Shown: piece by piece, positions 25,625-38,000 of the stretch
Numbering within the stretch: position 1 is the first letter of the stretch
Layout of the letters: each line of letters starts with the position of its first letter
DNA from: Euprymna scolopes
Lineage: Eukaryota
Direction: 5' to 3' (one strand)
DNA length: 64,000 bases
NCBI GenBank assembly: GCA_053919585.1
Contig: CM132801.1
The notes under the pieces: model-generated
Told to the model about the DNA's origin: nothing
Database searches by the model: none
The model's input: the letters and a program-made list of their open reading frames with translations, nothing else
Made by a program: the position numbers and the translations under genes

Positions 25625-26186
25625 GACAAATATTATTGAATAGCACGGAATTATTCTGTTTTACAATTTTCCTTTTTATCTTCTCCAATCTCCGAATAGT
25701 CCTTTTTGTGTTTTTCTCGAAATTGTATATGTCGGATCCATAATCGCGAGCGCTTTCGACAGAAGTACTTCTATCATCCTCAGGCATATTGTAGAAATAA
25801 ATGTAGATTGTTTTTTAATTTACTTATATATATATTTTTCCTAGTCACGTGGTAATTTGTTACAAGTTAGGTGGGCGGACTTTTTTTTTCTTATACATAT
25901 ATTAAACACATTTATATATACAAACACATATATGCATTATCAAACATTTATCCCAAACATTTCAAAACGTTCCGGCTGCACTCATAATTAATATTATTTA
26001 TTTGAGGCTTCTTTGTTTTAATGTACAATGTTTCGAGTATTCTTAGCCTATTTACATTTTTCTCACTCTGCAATAATCTTGTATTTTCTACCATAATTCT
26101 TCGAAATTCCGAATGTTGACAGCCATGTCCCTTCAACTCTTTAACTCTAGCAAGGTACATTTAACTAATTAGTTAAATGTACCTTG
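25622..26186 (-). mobile_element. Penelope-like element 3' fragment: end of GIY-YIG, hammerhead, ORF-start tail, inserted at (TA)n
   Basis: ORF 25948-26160 reads ..ENTRLLQSEKNVNRLRILETLYIKTKKPQINN (GIY-YIG C-terminal LE.L.I....P.IN). A hammerhead follows, then TKRTIRRLEKIKRKIVKQNNSVLFNNICLN (PLE ORF N-terminus-like) running into the TA tract. Confidence 0.8.
25745..25786 (-). ncRNA. Minimal type I hammerhead ribozyme (PLE type)
   Basis: Minus strand: TGC CTGAGGA T GATAGAA-gtac-TTCTGTC GAAA GCGC TC GCG. Intact core with a 1-nt insertion, 7-bp stem II and palindromic GCGC stem III. Confidence 0.8.
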
Positions 26187-27717
26187 AATCAAAAGTGTAT
26201 AAAGAAATATATATGTAAATAATTATTACATTGAAAAAGTAAAAACAGAGAAAAATTACGAATGTTTTTGATCGACAAAAATGGGTGATTATTTGATGGA
26301 AATGCCTAGTATTGACTACAAGGAACACTTACTGTTTGGAAATATAATCTGTGAAAATTAAAATGCGAGACATATTAGTTATTTTCAGCAATGTATTTTA
26401 AGCTTCTGAAAGTCGCTATTTGAATAGGAAAAATAAAAGTTTATTTAATGTATTTACCTAACATAGATTATTTTTAACAAGGATGTTATCAAAATGAAAC
26501 ACATCAAAAGTACGAAAAGAGTAGTTTACTCTGCAAATCTATTAAGTTCTTTGCCTCTAATTTTAGCATATAAAGGGACGATCAGAGGAAGCTAATCAAA
26601 GCGCCTGCAAGCAGGAAAGTGAACATGAGGGAACGTTCGATATTTACGTCACTATAAAAACAAACGGATAATAGCAAGAACGAAAACAAAAGGAAATAAT
26701 GATGATGCTTTGAATTAATAGTATCTTCCGATGAGGCCAACTTAATGTTAGTTTATGTCAGTGATAATAGATGTAAGCGTAGGATCAATAAAAGTTCCAG
26801 CTTGATATGTAAGGAAAAGCCGACAAGCTGCGAAAAAGTGCATAAAGTATTGTACGCCAACGAAAGAAACGTATATTTGCCCGGAAAACATGTATCTCGA
26901 TAGCGGTCGAAGTAAAACTATGCATGTATTTCGTTATTAAAAAAACTATGCTTGTCAATGAAATTGGGGCAGTCGCCGGAATTTATTATTACCACTTATT
27001 TTTATAAACGTTAAAATGTTGTTTAAAATGTCCACATGCTTTTGATTTTGATTTTTTAATATTAGATTAATTTAAAGTTGAAAAATGATTAAATGGTGTT
27101 TTTCAAACTTATTGAGTTACAGAAGAATTTAGTAATGATTTTGGTGGTTCTTTGCATTATTAAATTATTGTATAAGTTCAACATTTATATATGAGATATT
27201 GTGAAACACTTATGAGAACTTGTCTGTTCCGTTTTATTTATACAGAAGTTATACTTCCTTTAATCAAATACGGTTAACATGTTAAAACGACAACAGCAAT
27301 TATTATTACTACAACAACTGCAAGTACTACCACTTATACTAATAAAAAGGAGAATAAGAAGAATGATATTGCTAATAATAGTTGTTGTCATATAATGAAG
27401 TACACTCTAAGAAGAAGAAAATGAAAAAGAGAAAAGATGAAAGTAAAGAAGAAAAAATGTGACATATTTTTATTCTCATTTTAGCCCAACTATTATTCAA
27501 TGGGATTTGAGCAAAATATGGTGTCTTTGGTTGGGTGGAGGTTGAATAGAGTAAAAAATGTCATGATAATCTTAAGTTACGCGAAAATCTCAAATTTCCA
27601 GTTAGGGTGGGACAATTCTTTAAAGAGAGAAATTATGAGAAAAAAACAAACAAGACGAAAAGGGATAGAACGCAAAAAAGGGAAACTAGGAAATAAATAA
27701 TAAGCGATAGTCACGTG

Positions 27718-27755
27718 AAGAAGAAGAAGAAGAAGAAGAAGAAGAAGAAGAAGAA
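27718..27755. repeat. (AAG)n microsatellite; other trinucleotide tracts are (ATT)n 41827-41898, (AAT)n 43409-43451 and (CAA)n 54655-54682
   Basis: Direct reading. Confidence 0.95.
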
Positions 27756-29269
27756 GGGACGCTGATAGAGACATGAGACGAGCGAGATAAATAATACGAA
27801 TCTGGATTAAGAAGAAAATGCCGATAAAAACATCTGTGATGAATTACTTGAATAAAAGGAGAATAAAAAGAAATAAAAAGACAATGTAAGATCCTTCAAG
27901 AATAAAGCAAATAATACAAGTGGGGTTGAGGAACAGAAAGTATGACAATACAAAACGAGTGTGACACAAGGCCATCATGAGGATAAAGATGCATCCAGTT
28001 TAAAAATGCAATGCAGAATATCATATATAAATGTTGAACATATAAAATAAATTATAAGGCAAAAAATAACAAAACCATTACGGAATTCAGACATATTCTT
28101 CCGTAATCCAATAAAACTTAAGTTAATAATAGTAGCTTCAGAGATTTCTTTCGGCCAGTGTTAATTGCAAAATAAAGAGCAAGGTTAAGTAAGAATGTCC
28201 AACCGATTAGCCGGTCGACACAACAACTTAAAGTGATGAAATCCCTGCTGATAAAAGCTATAGAAATAGTAAATCAAACAGCAGAACGTAATATGCAGAG
28301 AAATAAGAAATGACATATGTGACTAGTACTAAATATTTAGAAAGGGCTGATTGAAAACAAAAATATGAAAGGAAAATACCTATTTGTAGAAAAATGTATA
28401 TAAGGAAATAGATAAGAAACTAACGTTGGAAAAGTAGAGAAATATAATTATTTGGAAATTAATAAAACAGAATAGTCAGACAATTTGGCAAAATATATTA
28501 AGACCAATTTTCCAATACATGTACCAGCGCATCTCTCTACGGTTATAACAGTTTATTTAACAGAGCCATAAAAGGTGGGCGATCTTTGACAACACGGTAA
28601 GACCTCAATAATGAAAAAGTCTGTATCACACTGAGATAGGCTTATTTGATTTTTAAAAAAATCTTATAAATAATTCATTTATTTAAAAAAAAATATCCTG
28701 CATTGTGTTATCTTGTTTCCTAAATAATTTTCAAAGATAAAATACAATATTGAAGAAATGATTAAGTATAAAAATATTAATACATAAGATGAACATGAAA
28801 AGACAACAAAACTATAAGCGTAAATGATTTTAATGAATCATCAATTATATACAGTTTAATATAAATATTAAAGAAAAACACAATGAAAAATAACATGTAC
28901 GTCGTAAGACTGCATACCTCTGTTTCGCAACGTCAGACGTAAGGATGGACTAAAATATTATCAGAGCTTTACTTATCTACATTGTATGAAATATACCGGA
29001 AGTTTATGTAGTAAAGTTGATAATAAAAAAAAACTATTCATCAAACCAGCTGAAAATATAGATGTTTTCGGTTAGCTGAAAATTTTAGATACATGCATCA
29101 AATTTGGAAAAATAAGAAGCTGAAATTCCATAAAACTTCTGGCCGGAAGAGAACATTCAAGGACAAGATTGCGATCACATATAGTGCGAAACTTCAGTGT
29201 CTACAATATTTGCCAGTTAAGGTGTGTCAACAATAAGCAGTATCAACCTTTTAATTGTAATTGAACTTT

Positions 29270-29960
29270 GACGTAGCTATCCTCAAATTAAATAAGTTCC
29301 AAATTGAACCCTGCTTGATATTTTAACCAACTTTTGCCAGCAATGTGTACGTTAATCTGTACATATTTCCCATGGATAATAATAACACTCAGTTGAGTTT
29401 TCATCATTCAAACTCTTCAGTCGGAAATTAACAAGCTACATTAATTGAAACATAGATGTCAGTTCCAAGAATGCTGCAAAGAAGGTGGGCTTTCTCTACC
29501 GCGCTAGGAACATTTACACCTGACAGAATTTTATATCTTTATAAAGGCACTATTCGCCAATACATGGATATTGTTCCCATATATAGGCCGATACATTAAC
29601 TACTTGCCTCGCTCAATTCAAAAAAGCCCAAAAAAGAATCTAAAATATCTTGGATCTTTCACTATCAACCAAACTCCAAGTCTTGGTTCATCACCGAAAT
29701 GCTGCATTCATGCGCTTGCATTAAGGGTATTTTAATGAAATGTGCGCTTGTACCTCCTCGACGTAAATGTGTCTGACTAACTTGACACATCACAAACCCC
29801 CACGCTTTATCTGTAAGTGTTCGGTGATAGTGAAGATTTTCCTACTCTAAAAGTTCCTTCTCTCAAACTGCTAAATTTAAAAATTCTATTCATATATCCT
29901 GCTTTCTCGAATGTAATAATATGTAGATATTTAAGTATAATGGGAACGTCATCTCGCTGC
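29270..29960 (+). mobile_element. CR1/Jockey-group LINE 3' fragment, highly decayed
   Basis: Translates in pieces to NAAKKVGFLYRAR, ILYLYKGTIRQYM..CSHI and KLQVLVHHRNAAF; same family as 2866-4799. Confidence 0.7.
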
Positions 29961-30324
29961 TTAGCTCCCTATTTAAAATCCCTCAGTGGGCGTGGTCCTT
30001 AATTCACAATAACCTTTTAAATTTCAGTGATAATATTCCTTGTGTGCGTTGAATATAAGTAAGAAAAACATAGTGAAAAAGTCGACCGACAACATGACGG
30101 AGGTAATGAGAATTGCTTGTAGAAATATAGGGAATTATTATTGCATCCTATAATAGGGACGTCTATCATAGGGACAGCAACATAATCAGAATGTCTCACA
30201 TATATAACAAACGATAACGCTAGACACGACGGTAGGAAGACGCGTATACGACTAGGGAGAAATCATTCCAACACGTAAAATCATAAAGAAATAAAATACT
30301 AGGAAACATAGCATTCATTCAGTT

Positions 30325-30443
30325 GTGGGAAGTGCTTTGAAGCCGAAGGAGATTACTTCTAAAGGGACTAGATTTACATGTGCATACTATCAATGAAAGT
30401 GCCCATACGAAAAAAGTCTGGAAACTTATTAAAGCACCTCGTA
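30325..30443 (+). mobile_element. Mariner 3' terminal relic
   Basis: KCFEAEGDYF* is a mariner C-terminal KC....GDYF motif. It is followed by a TIR-like end aaagtctggaaacttattaaagcacctcg|ta. Confidence 0.7.
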
Positions 30444-31527
30444 ATAGAAAGAGAAGTAAAAGAAAAAATAATGCATTAAGTAAAGAGTAAAAGTAGAAAT
30501 AGAAGATGAGGGAAACATATATATCCGTCCAAGACGATAAACACAGATGAAAAAGACAAAAAATGACAAGCAAGAATCATGATTAAACAAAACGAACACA
30601 GAGAAAAGGAAAAACAAGAAAAGGCAATATATATATGGAGGAAAAAGATTGTAAAACTATTTCGAAATAAAAAGAATGTTTAGAAAATAAAATTAAGAAA
30701 AGCAGAGAGCAACTTATAAATATCTAATGAAAAAAATAGGTGACTTAAACAACAACAACAACAACATCTACTACTCTTATAGATTACACATTTTAGGGGG
30801 ATGGCGAAATTTATAGAGTTCTATATTAAACTTTCCCACGGGTATGCAATGTAGTTTAGTATTTTTGTGCTTATTGTGCTTATTTCTTGTTCCGTTTTTT
30901 TTTCTTTTGTTGTAGGAAAGCTAAAAACATGACGCAATAAATTTGTTTTGTTGTAAGCTAAAGAGAAGGGCAAAAAAAAAGAAAGAAAAACGAACAATTT
31001 CCAGCAATTCATAAAGAGAACAAAACCGAAATTTTATAGGAGATTAAACGTACTCATGTTTGAGTGCTCTGAGAAAAGTGGCGGTTGGGTGTGCCAACGT
31101 AGGTGTAATACATGTTTATCTTGATGAAAATCTATATACGCTTATACGAAAGGATATCTCTGTGTATGGGGGTGTATGTAGAGATATTGCATTGTAGGGA
31201 TTGAAATCTTGTTAAAGAGGTCAGACAAAACAGAGATGACGGTGCTATTTATAAAATAGTAATTGAAAATATACTTATACTTGTATTTTATACCAACCTA
31301 ACAGAGAGACGTCTAGTTGCATGGGATCAACGAATGTTTCACACCCATTTATTGTCATCAGAATCGGTGAAATCGCCAATTTTTCAATCAGCTCAATTAA
31401 TTGTGTGCTCTAGGCGGGGATCCACCACTGTGCATTGGAAGGAGGCTTCACATGCATCCCTGCAGTGACTTAGTCCACAAGATACAACATATTGTGCACT
31501 GTAGAGAATTTACTATTACTTTTTTAT

Positions 31528-31812
31528 AAAATTATTATTAATACACCTTGAATTAAAATTATTATTAATACACCTTGAATTAAAATTATTATTAATACAC
31601 CTTGAATTAAAATTATTATTAATACACCTTGAATTAAAATTATTATTAATACACCTAAATTAAAATTATTATTAATACACCTTGAATTAAAATTATTATT
31701 AATACACCTTGAATTAAAATTATTATTAATACACCTTGAATTAAAATTATTATTAATACACCTTGAATTAAAATTATTATTAATACACCTTGAATTAAAA
31801 TTATTAATACCG
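31528..31812. repeat. 27-bp minisatellite (aaaattattattaatacaccttgaatt) about 10.5 copies
   Basis: Nearly identical units; one variant unit (acacctaaatt). Confidence 0.97.
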
Positions 31813-33245
31813 CTTTCAAGTTTAAAGTGTAGAAGTAAAATATCATTCATTTGTGCTCTAAAAAGAAACATTCATTTCGAACACACCCTGTCTTATCAAG
31901 GAACCGAAGTTGGGTTTTATACACTTTGCCCTTCTGCTTGTGCAGTGACAAAACTTCCCCAAAGCACTTAATAGTGTTAAAAGTATTCCATCTGTAATCG
32001 TATTTTTCCGATCCTCAATTTTCGGTACTTATCGGAGGATTTCCGATACAAAACCCTTCTTAAAATACTTCCAGACACATGCACTAAATTTGTGTGAAAT
32101 TAAAAATTGGCCCAACCAGTTTATAGGGATGAATTCACACAAATGTACATACACGCAAAGGCCCATGCAAAGTGCTTTTATGTGAAGTACAAATATTTTT
32201 TCTGTTATACATACGCCCATTAAGGTAAGTGTATTCAAGTATACATGGTAATGAAATCCACTATTTTGTCGAGCTTTTATATTTATTAGAAGTAAATAAT
32301 TTAACTGATGATGAAATATTAATTAATACTGATCAATCAAAGTATATGACTTTATACAAGAGTAAATTGAAATAATGAATCAGTCATCAGGACATAGTTC
32401 ATAGTCAACAATTTTATTACAGGGAATTTTAACGTCATTGTAATAATAAAAACATTTCTTATTATTGGCGAAAGCGACTTAATGTTAAATTGCCTTTGAA
32501 AACCACGCTTCAGTATTACAACTGAATTGTTTTTGTAACTGGTAGAACGCGTGTTTACGAGGTCTTTCAGTGTTAAGAGACACCATACAATTGAATATTA
32601 CTGAAAAAATCCTGCAAATACAGTGCGCCTCGGAAATCTATTTCAAACGTATAGATATGTTCTATCCCTGACCCATTTCATGACAATACAACATAACAGA
32701 AGCAACGTGTTATTAACATAATCTGTTTTTTTAATAAACATAAATGGTATTAATATACGAATTTAAAAAAATAATTTGTTTTATATCTTACCATAAGAGA
32801 ATGTAAAGATTTTTTTGTCAGCTGAAGTTAATTGCTCGTTAATGAAATAATTGCATGCTTTGTAATTCTATGATCTATGAATGGTTTATTTGAATGAATT
32901 TCGAAATGATTTTATTGTTGCTTTCATACCAACAATTTGTGGAAATTGTGCGATGTTGTGTTTAAAGCACACAGTAACGATAAAATAAAGAGAAACGAGT
33001 TGGGCAAACCAATGAGACTGGCTTATATGCATAAAAGGTATATGCATAAAAGATTAATGAAAAAGTGTAGTAAAATAATGAAAAATGTACAAATACACTT
33101 TAAACGACAAATACAACAAACATCATAGGATGTTGATAATGATAAAACACGTCGAGTCTGTCACTTTTTACCAGGTTTGGAGATAAAGCTTTATGATCTA
33201 TAATCACTTATCAAAAATTCTAACCAAAGAAAAATACAAAAATGA

Positions 33246-33923
33246 TCTATACTTATATATAAAAGGCACTTTGTGTGTATCTGTGTGAGAGTTAGTTCCC
33301 TCTGGAATCCAAAGCGGTTGGGCTGATTTTGTTTTTAATTTCATAGAAATTTACTTTATGTGTCTGGGGGTGTTTGTAGATAAATCTTCTATCGAAATGC
33401 CTCCGCTATGTAAAAAAAATCAATAATCGATAAAAACAAAATTAAAAAGGAACACTCTTATTTTCACAAAAAAAAACACCCTTGTACGTCCTTACATTAC
33501 AAGTGAATTTGAGAAGTTTTATCAATGCACAAGCAGAAGGAACCGGGTCTATATTATCAACAGTAACGTCTTTGATAAGACAGGGGTGCGTTTCAAATGA
33601 CTGTTTCTGTTTAAAACACAATTGAATCATGTTACCTGATTTTTTGCATTTTAAATTTTAATTCAAGTCAGTATATAAAATAACGTCGTAAAATCTATAA
33701 GACAATATAGACTGCAATGTACTATGGACTAATTCACTGCAAGTAGGCTTGCGGTGCGTTCTTTTTGGTGCCCTGCGTAGAGTCCTAAAATAAAGCAGGC
33801 CATCAATCGATTTGATTGAGAAATTAGCGATTTTACCGATTTCGATGGCCATAAAAGTACTGAGAGTGTCGAATATTTATGGATCCTCATTACATTCTGG
33901 ACAACCTTGAGTTTCCTTGCTAG
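33246..33923 (+). mobile_element. Helitron-like non-autonomous element; inverted diverged copy at about 31315-31960
   Basis: Starts TCtatacttatatataaaa..gtgtgt and ends ccttgCTAG|T. The reverse complement of 33560-33850 aligns with 31365-31500 and 31860-31900 (atcggt.aaatcgc.aattt.tcaatca; tgcagtga.ttagtcca; ccctgtcttatcaa). Confidence 0.55.
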
Positions 33924-35251
33924 TATTAAAGTAGGAAGGGTAAAATTAATTTCCTAAACAAAATAGTATTACACCACTTCTATATCCTCTTACGAAGGTT
34001 AACTTGAAGATATAATATTACTAAAACTTACGTGTACAATTTATGTGGGGGTTTTGAGAAAATTTTATTAGATAATTTTGTTTTTAATCATTTTAATTTC
34101 TAATCATTTAATGTTAAAACTAAGGGATATCTTTTTAATTTGCCATCTCATTCGATCAGAATTTGATATATTTTAAATTTTTTCATATTATTAAAATTTC
34201 ACAGTAAATCAGATTTATCTGAATTCACCCTGTTTGCAGAAAATAAAGTATACTAAATATAGTACATATTTAGACCATTTACGCCTAGCAGTTGTGTACA
34301 CAAAGGCATAATGATCGGGTGATTAGTTTAGGAGCGGGGTGTGTAATTCGAATATTAAAAAAAACATGCTTAGTTTCATAAAATAACAACGTTTAGTTTG
34401 CCCCTTTTATAGAATATCAACAATTTATGTAACGCCAAATCTAAAGTGTAAACTATTCGTGGCATACAAGTCTCTATTATACATTTGCATTTATATTACT
34501 ACTAAACTGAACTAGATCAAGTCAATTCTATTAAGAATCGAATCAGCCGATTCAAGACTCAGTATCGCTATCCATTATAACTGTCTACCAGAACGATTAT
34601 AATTTCAGTTTATTTAGTAAAACTTTTCGAAGAATTAAAACTGCCGAAACTTTAATTTTAGAAACAATTTGAAAACGGTAAAGAATTCTATGAAAGATTA
34701 CGTTGAAAACTGAAAAATACATATTCATATAAGAAATAGAAAATAGTGTAAAGAAAGTGTGGTTTACTCTATTCTATGAGGGATTGTCATTAGACAAATT
34801 TGAACCTATGATTAGTTTCAATCAATTGTCACTAATTGCAGAAAGAAATTATAATGTTCGTTTAATTTGGTTATCGTTGATGATCAATAGACTATGATTT
34901 GCAAAATGCACTCAAGCGAAGTGGACAAGAGCAGATTGGTGCAGAGATGTCGATCGCATTCGGTGTCGCGATTAATGGAGTGTGAATGATTGTAATTGGA
35001 AAATGGATCGATAAGACGGTTATACAAAGCTGATTAAAAAGCTTAAAGAATAGTTTGAAAAGGGGGACAAAAATCAAACATTATTTGAATCGAAAGGGAA
35101 AGCTACCTGTAATTAAGAGAATAAAAAATTAGAAAAAGAACGAAAAAAAAGGAAATATACGGAAATAAAAGGCTGAACGATAATAATAATGCAACATCTT
35201 TATTGGATTTACCAAACTTAGTGTGTAATGAATTTATTATAATACTCATAA

Positions 35252-35422
35252 CTAGCGGGACCTGTGGAAATTCCACAGGGAACTCATTCATATGAAATAT
35301 ACTGATGTTGACATTCTGTAGATGTTCAGTGTAAATAGAGACGCTCTGATATTATTGTAGCTTTTTTTGTTAAAACTACAAAAGTATTTATCTAAGTCAG
35401 CACGAACACCAGGCAAAGCCCG
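35252..35422 (-). mobile_element. About 175-bp mini-Helitron-like element, copy 1
   Basis: Reverse complement of 36215-36389; the minus strand ends cctgtggaatttccacagg (hairpin) tcccg CTAG|T. Confidence 0.7.
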
Positions 35423-35603
35423 GTCGTTAAGTACGCTTTAATATGATAATTTAACTCTTTCAAATTCCGTATATATTATTATAGAGTTAATGTTCTATCG
35501 CTTTTTATATGTTATAAAGTTGCTATTTAAAAATAAAATGATATATCCATATGACTTGGGTACAATAGCTTAAATCGAAACCGAAATAAAAACTTACGAA
35601 TAT

Positions 35604-35684
<81 letters not shown>

Positions 35685-35687
<3 letters not shown>

Positions 35688-35925
35688 AACTTGAGTTCCT
35701 TCAGCCGTAATCGAAACCGAAACCAAAACGTGTGAAGAATTTTTGATAAAATTATTTATTAAAAAAAATAGATTACTGGTGTGCCATCAGTTATGATCGA
35801 AACCGAACCCAAAGCGTATAAATAATTCTTAATGAAATTATTTATTAAAAAATAGATCACTTAAGTGCCATCAGCTATAATCGAAACCAAAACCAAAACT
35901 TATGAAGAATTCTTGGTAAAAAATT
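35685..35925. repeat. About 85-bp tandem repeat x3 (tcag.....atcgaaacc.aa.ccaaa.c.t.t.aa.aatt), with a partial copy at 35550-35602
   Basis: Direct comparison of the units. Confidence 0.8.
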
Positions 35926-36029
35926 TTATGACAAGAAATGGAAGTACATAACAATTAAACGGTCCGGATATAAGCATGACACAGAAAATAACACACACGC
36001 TATCGGATTAATATTTAGATGATATGAAT

Positions 36030-38000
36030 TTGCAATAGTCAGTAAAAACCAACATTTACAAAGATTACCTGAGGTAATCTCGTCAGCATCAGACAAAGCT
36101 AAACTCTTTGCCAAGAACTTTGCAGCTATTTCTACCCTTTGGGACCAAGGCTGCCAACCTCCAACATTTCCTCTTGTATTAGACAACACGCTATGTGATA
36201 TACAAATATCTGTACGGGCTTTATCGGGTGTTCGTGCCGGGTTAGATAAATACTTTTGTAGTTTTAACAAAAAAAAAAAGCTACAATAATATCAGAGCGT
36301 CTCCATTTACACTGAACATCTACAGAATGTCAACATCAATATATTACTTATGAATGAGTCCCCTGTGGAATTTCCACATGTCACGCTAGTGATGTGCCAA
36401 GCTTATCAAAAACCTTGATTCCAGTAAGGCAACCAGCCCTGACGGTATTCCAATTATAGTACTAAAAAATAACTTCTACCAGAACGAGCGCCCATGCTTA
36501 CAAAACTGTTTAAACGTTGTCTTAAGGAGAATTGCTTCCCATCACCCTGGAAAATCTCATCAGTATGTCCTGTATTTAAGAATTCAAGTGACCGCTCATC
36601 TCCCTCTCAGTACAGACCAATAAGTCTCATGTGCGTCATGAGTAAGTTGCTGGAATCTGTGTTAAATAAAGAAGTAATCAACCATCTCAGCAAAAATAAC
36701 CTTCTTAGTGACACACAATATGGTTTCCGTTCTGCTAGATCCACAGGTGATGTGCTTACTGTTATATCTCATAGGATTAGCGAATCCCTCGATGGAGGCT
36801 ACCTTTCTAGGGCAATTTCTCTTGACTTTGATAGAGTATGGCATAAAGGTTTACTGGAAATGTTTTCTCAATTATTAAATCATTTCTCTCTGATAGGTTC
36901 AGAAGAGTAGTGGTTGATGGGCAAAAATTAGAAGCTTACAGTATTAATGCTGGAGTCCCCCAGGGGTCCATTCTGGGCCCGGCTCTCTTCCTGATCTACA
37001 TTAATGATCTTCCAAGTCACACCCTTACATCATTCGTAGACATTTATACTGATGACTACTATCTATGGTAGCACATCTAAGACATAAAAAACGTAAAAGT
37101 CCAAGTTATCTCCGATTCTTTCTCCTCTGATCTTGAACATGTGATACAATGGGGAAAGAGGTGGTTTGTTACTATGCATCTAAAACTAAGCTTTTATCTT
37201 TACATCATCAATCCTCTGATCCTCATCTGCCATGAATTTAAACGAATGTCTCTCCTCTTAGGGAAGCCTCATGTTTAGACAAGCTTCTGGGTTTTTCCTT
37301 TACTCCTGGTCTGAAATGGAACACATACATGAAATCTGTTGCCAAGGCCGCTGGAAAATGGAAGGATCCTTCTATCGATCCAGTAGATATCTCACTGCTA
37401 ATGCAATTCTCTATCTATATAAGAGCCGGGTACGTCCTAGGATCGAGTACGGTTGCCACATCTGAGCAGGAACTACTAGAAAGGACTTGTCCTGCCTTGA
37501 TAGAGTTCAAAATAGACTTCGTAGCCTCGTAAGGGATGCCCTTTTCTCTTCCCTGCAACCTCTTTCTCACAGAAGAGATGTTGCGAGTTTGTCTCTGCTT
37601 TATCGTTATTTTCATGGCAAGTGCTGTGCTGAGCTCCAATCTATGGTTCCCCTCGTCAAACTTTCACAAGAAACACCCGTCTAGCACAAAACACTATCAA
37701 TAATTTCCTCCACTCTTTATCTGTGCCTAAACCTAAACGTAGATTCCATGAACAAAGCTTCATCTTAGACTTGCACGCCTATGGAATTGCCTTCCGTTTT
37801 CTTTCTTTCCAGCTTACTACAACATGGTTGTCTTCAAGTTTTACGTAAACAAGTTTTTGATGAGCCGTTCCATATAAGTTAACAAATTTATCGAATTTTC
37901 ATTACTAACGACATTGTCCAATTGTTTAAGGTACACTCTTTAACCCTTATCCTCGAGCGCCTCTTGGCCTTTATAAGTTGTGATGCCTATGTAAAAAAGC
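36030..38000 (+). mobile_element. CR1/Jockey-group LINE RT region to 3' end (decayed), interrupted at 36215-36389
   Basis: DKAKLFAKNF, KLFKRCLKENCFPSPWK..YRPISL, QYGFRSARSTGDVL, FDRVWHKGLL, INAGVPQGSILGPALFLIYINDL, YTDD, LYLYKSRVRPRIEYGCHI, LQPLSHRRDVASLSLLYRYFHG; A-rich end near 37990. Confidence 0.92.
36215..36389 (+). mobile_element. About 175-bp mini-Helitron-like element, copy 2, inserted in the CR1-like LINE
   Basis: Ends ccctgtggaatttccacatgtcacgCTAG|T and is preceded by A (A|T insertion, no TSD). Removing it rejoins LINE sequence IQISV..AKLIKNLD. Confidence 0.75.

Noticed and set aside
21510-26160. Possibility that the PLE fragments are selenoprotein-encoding Naiad elements
   Set aside because: The GIY-YIG here is C-terminal, and I see no in-frame UGA at Cys positions or SECIS.
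31325-31364. Minus-strand CTGATGA..GAAAC ATTC GTT motif
   Set aside because: Stem II does not pair, and it lies in a Helitron-like repeat; probably chance.
31528-31812. CRISPR-like appearance of the regular 27-bp and 22-bp repeats
   Set aside because: No unique spacers, no cas genes, eukaryotic context.
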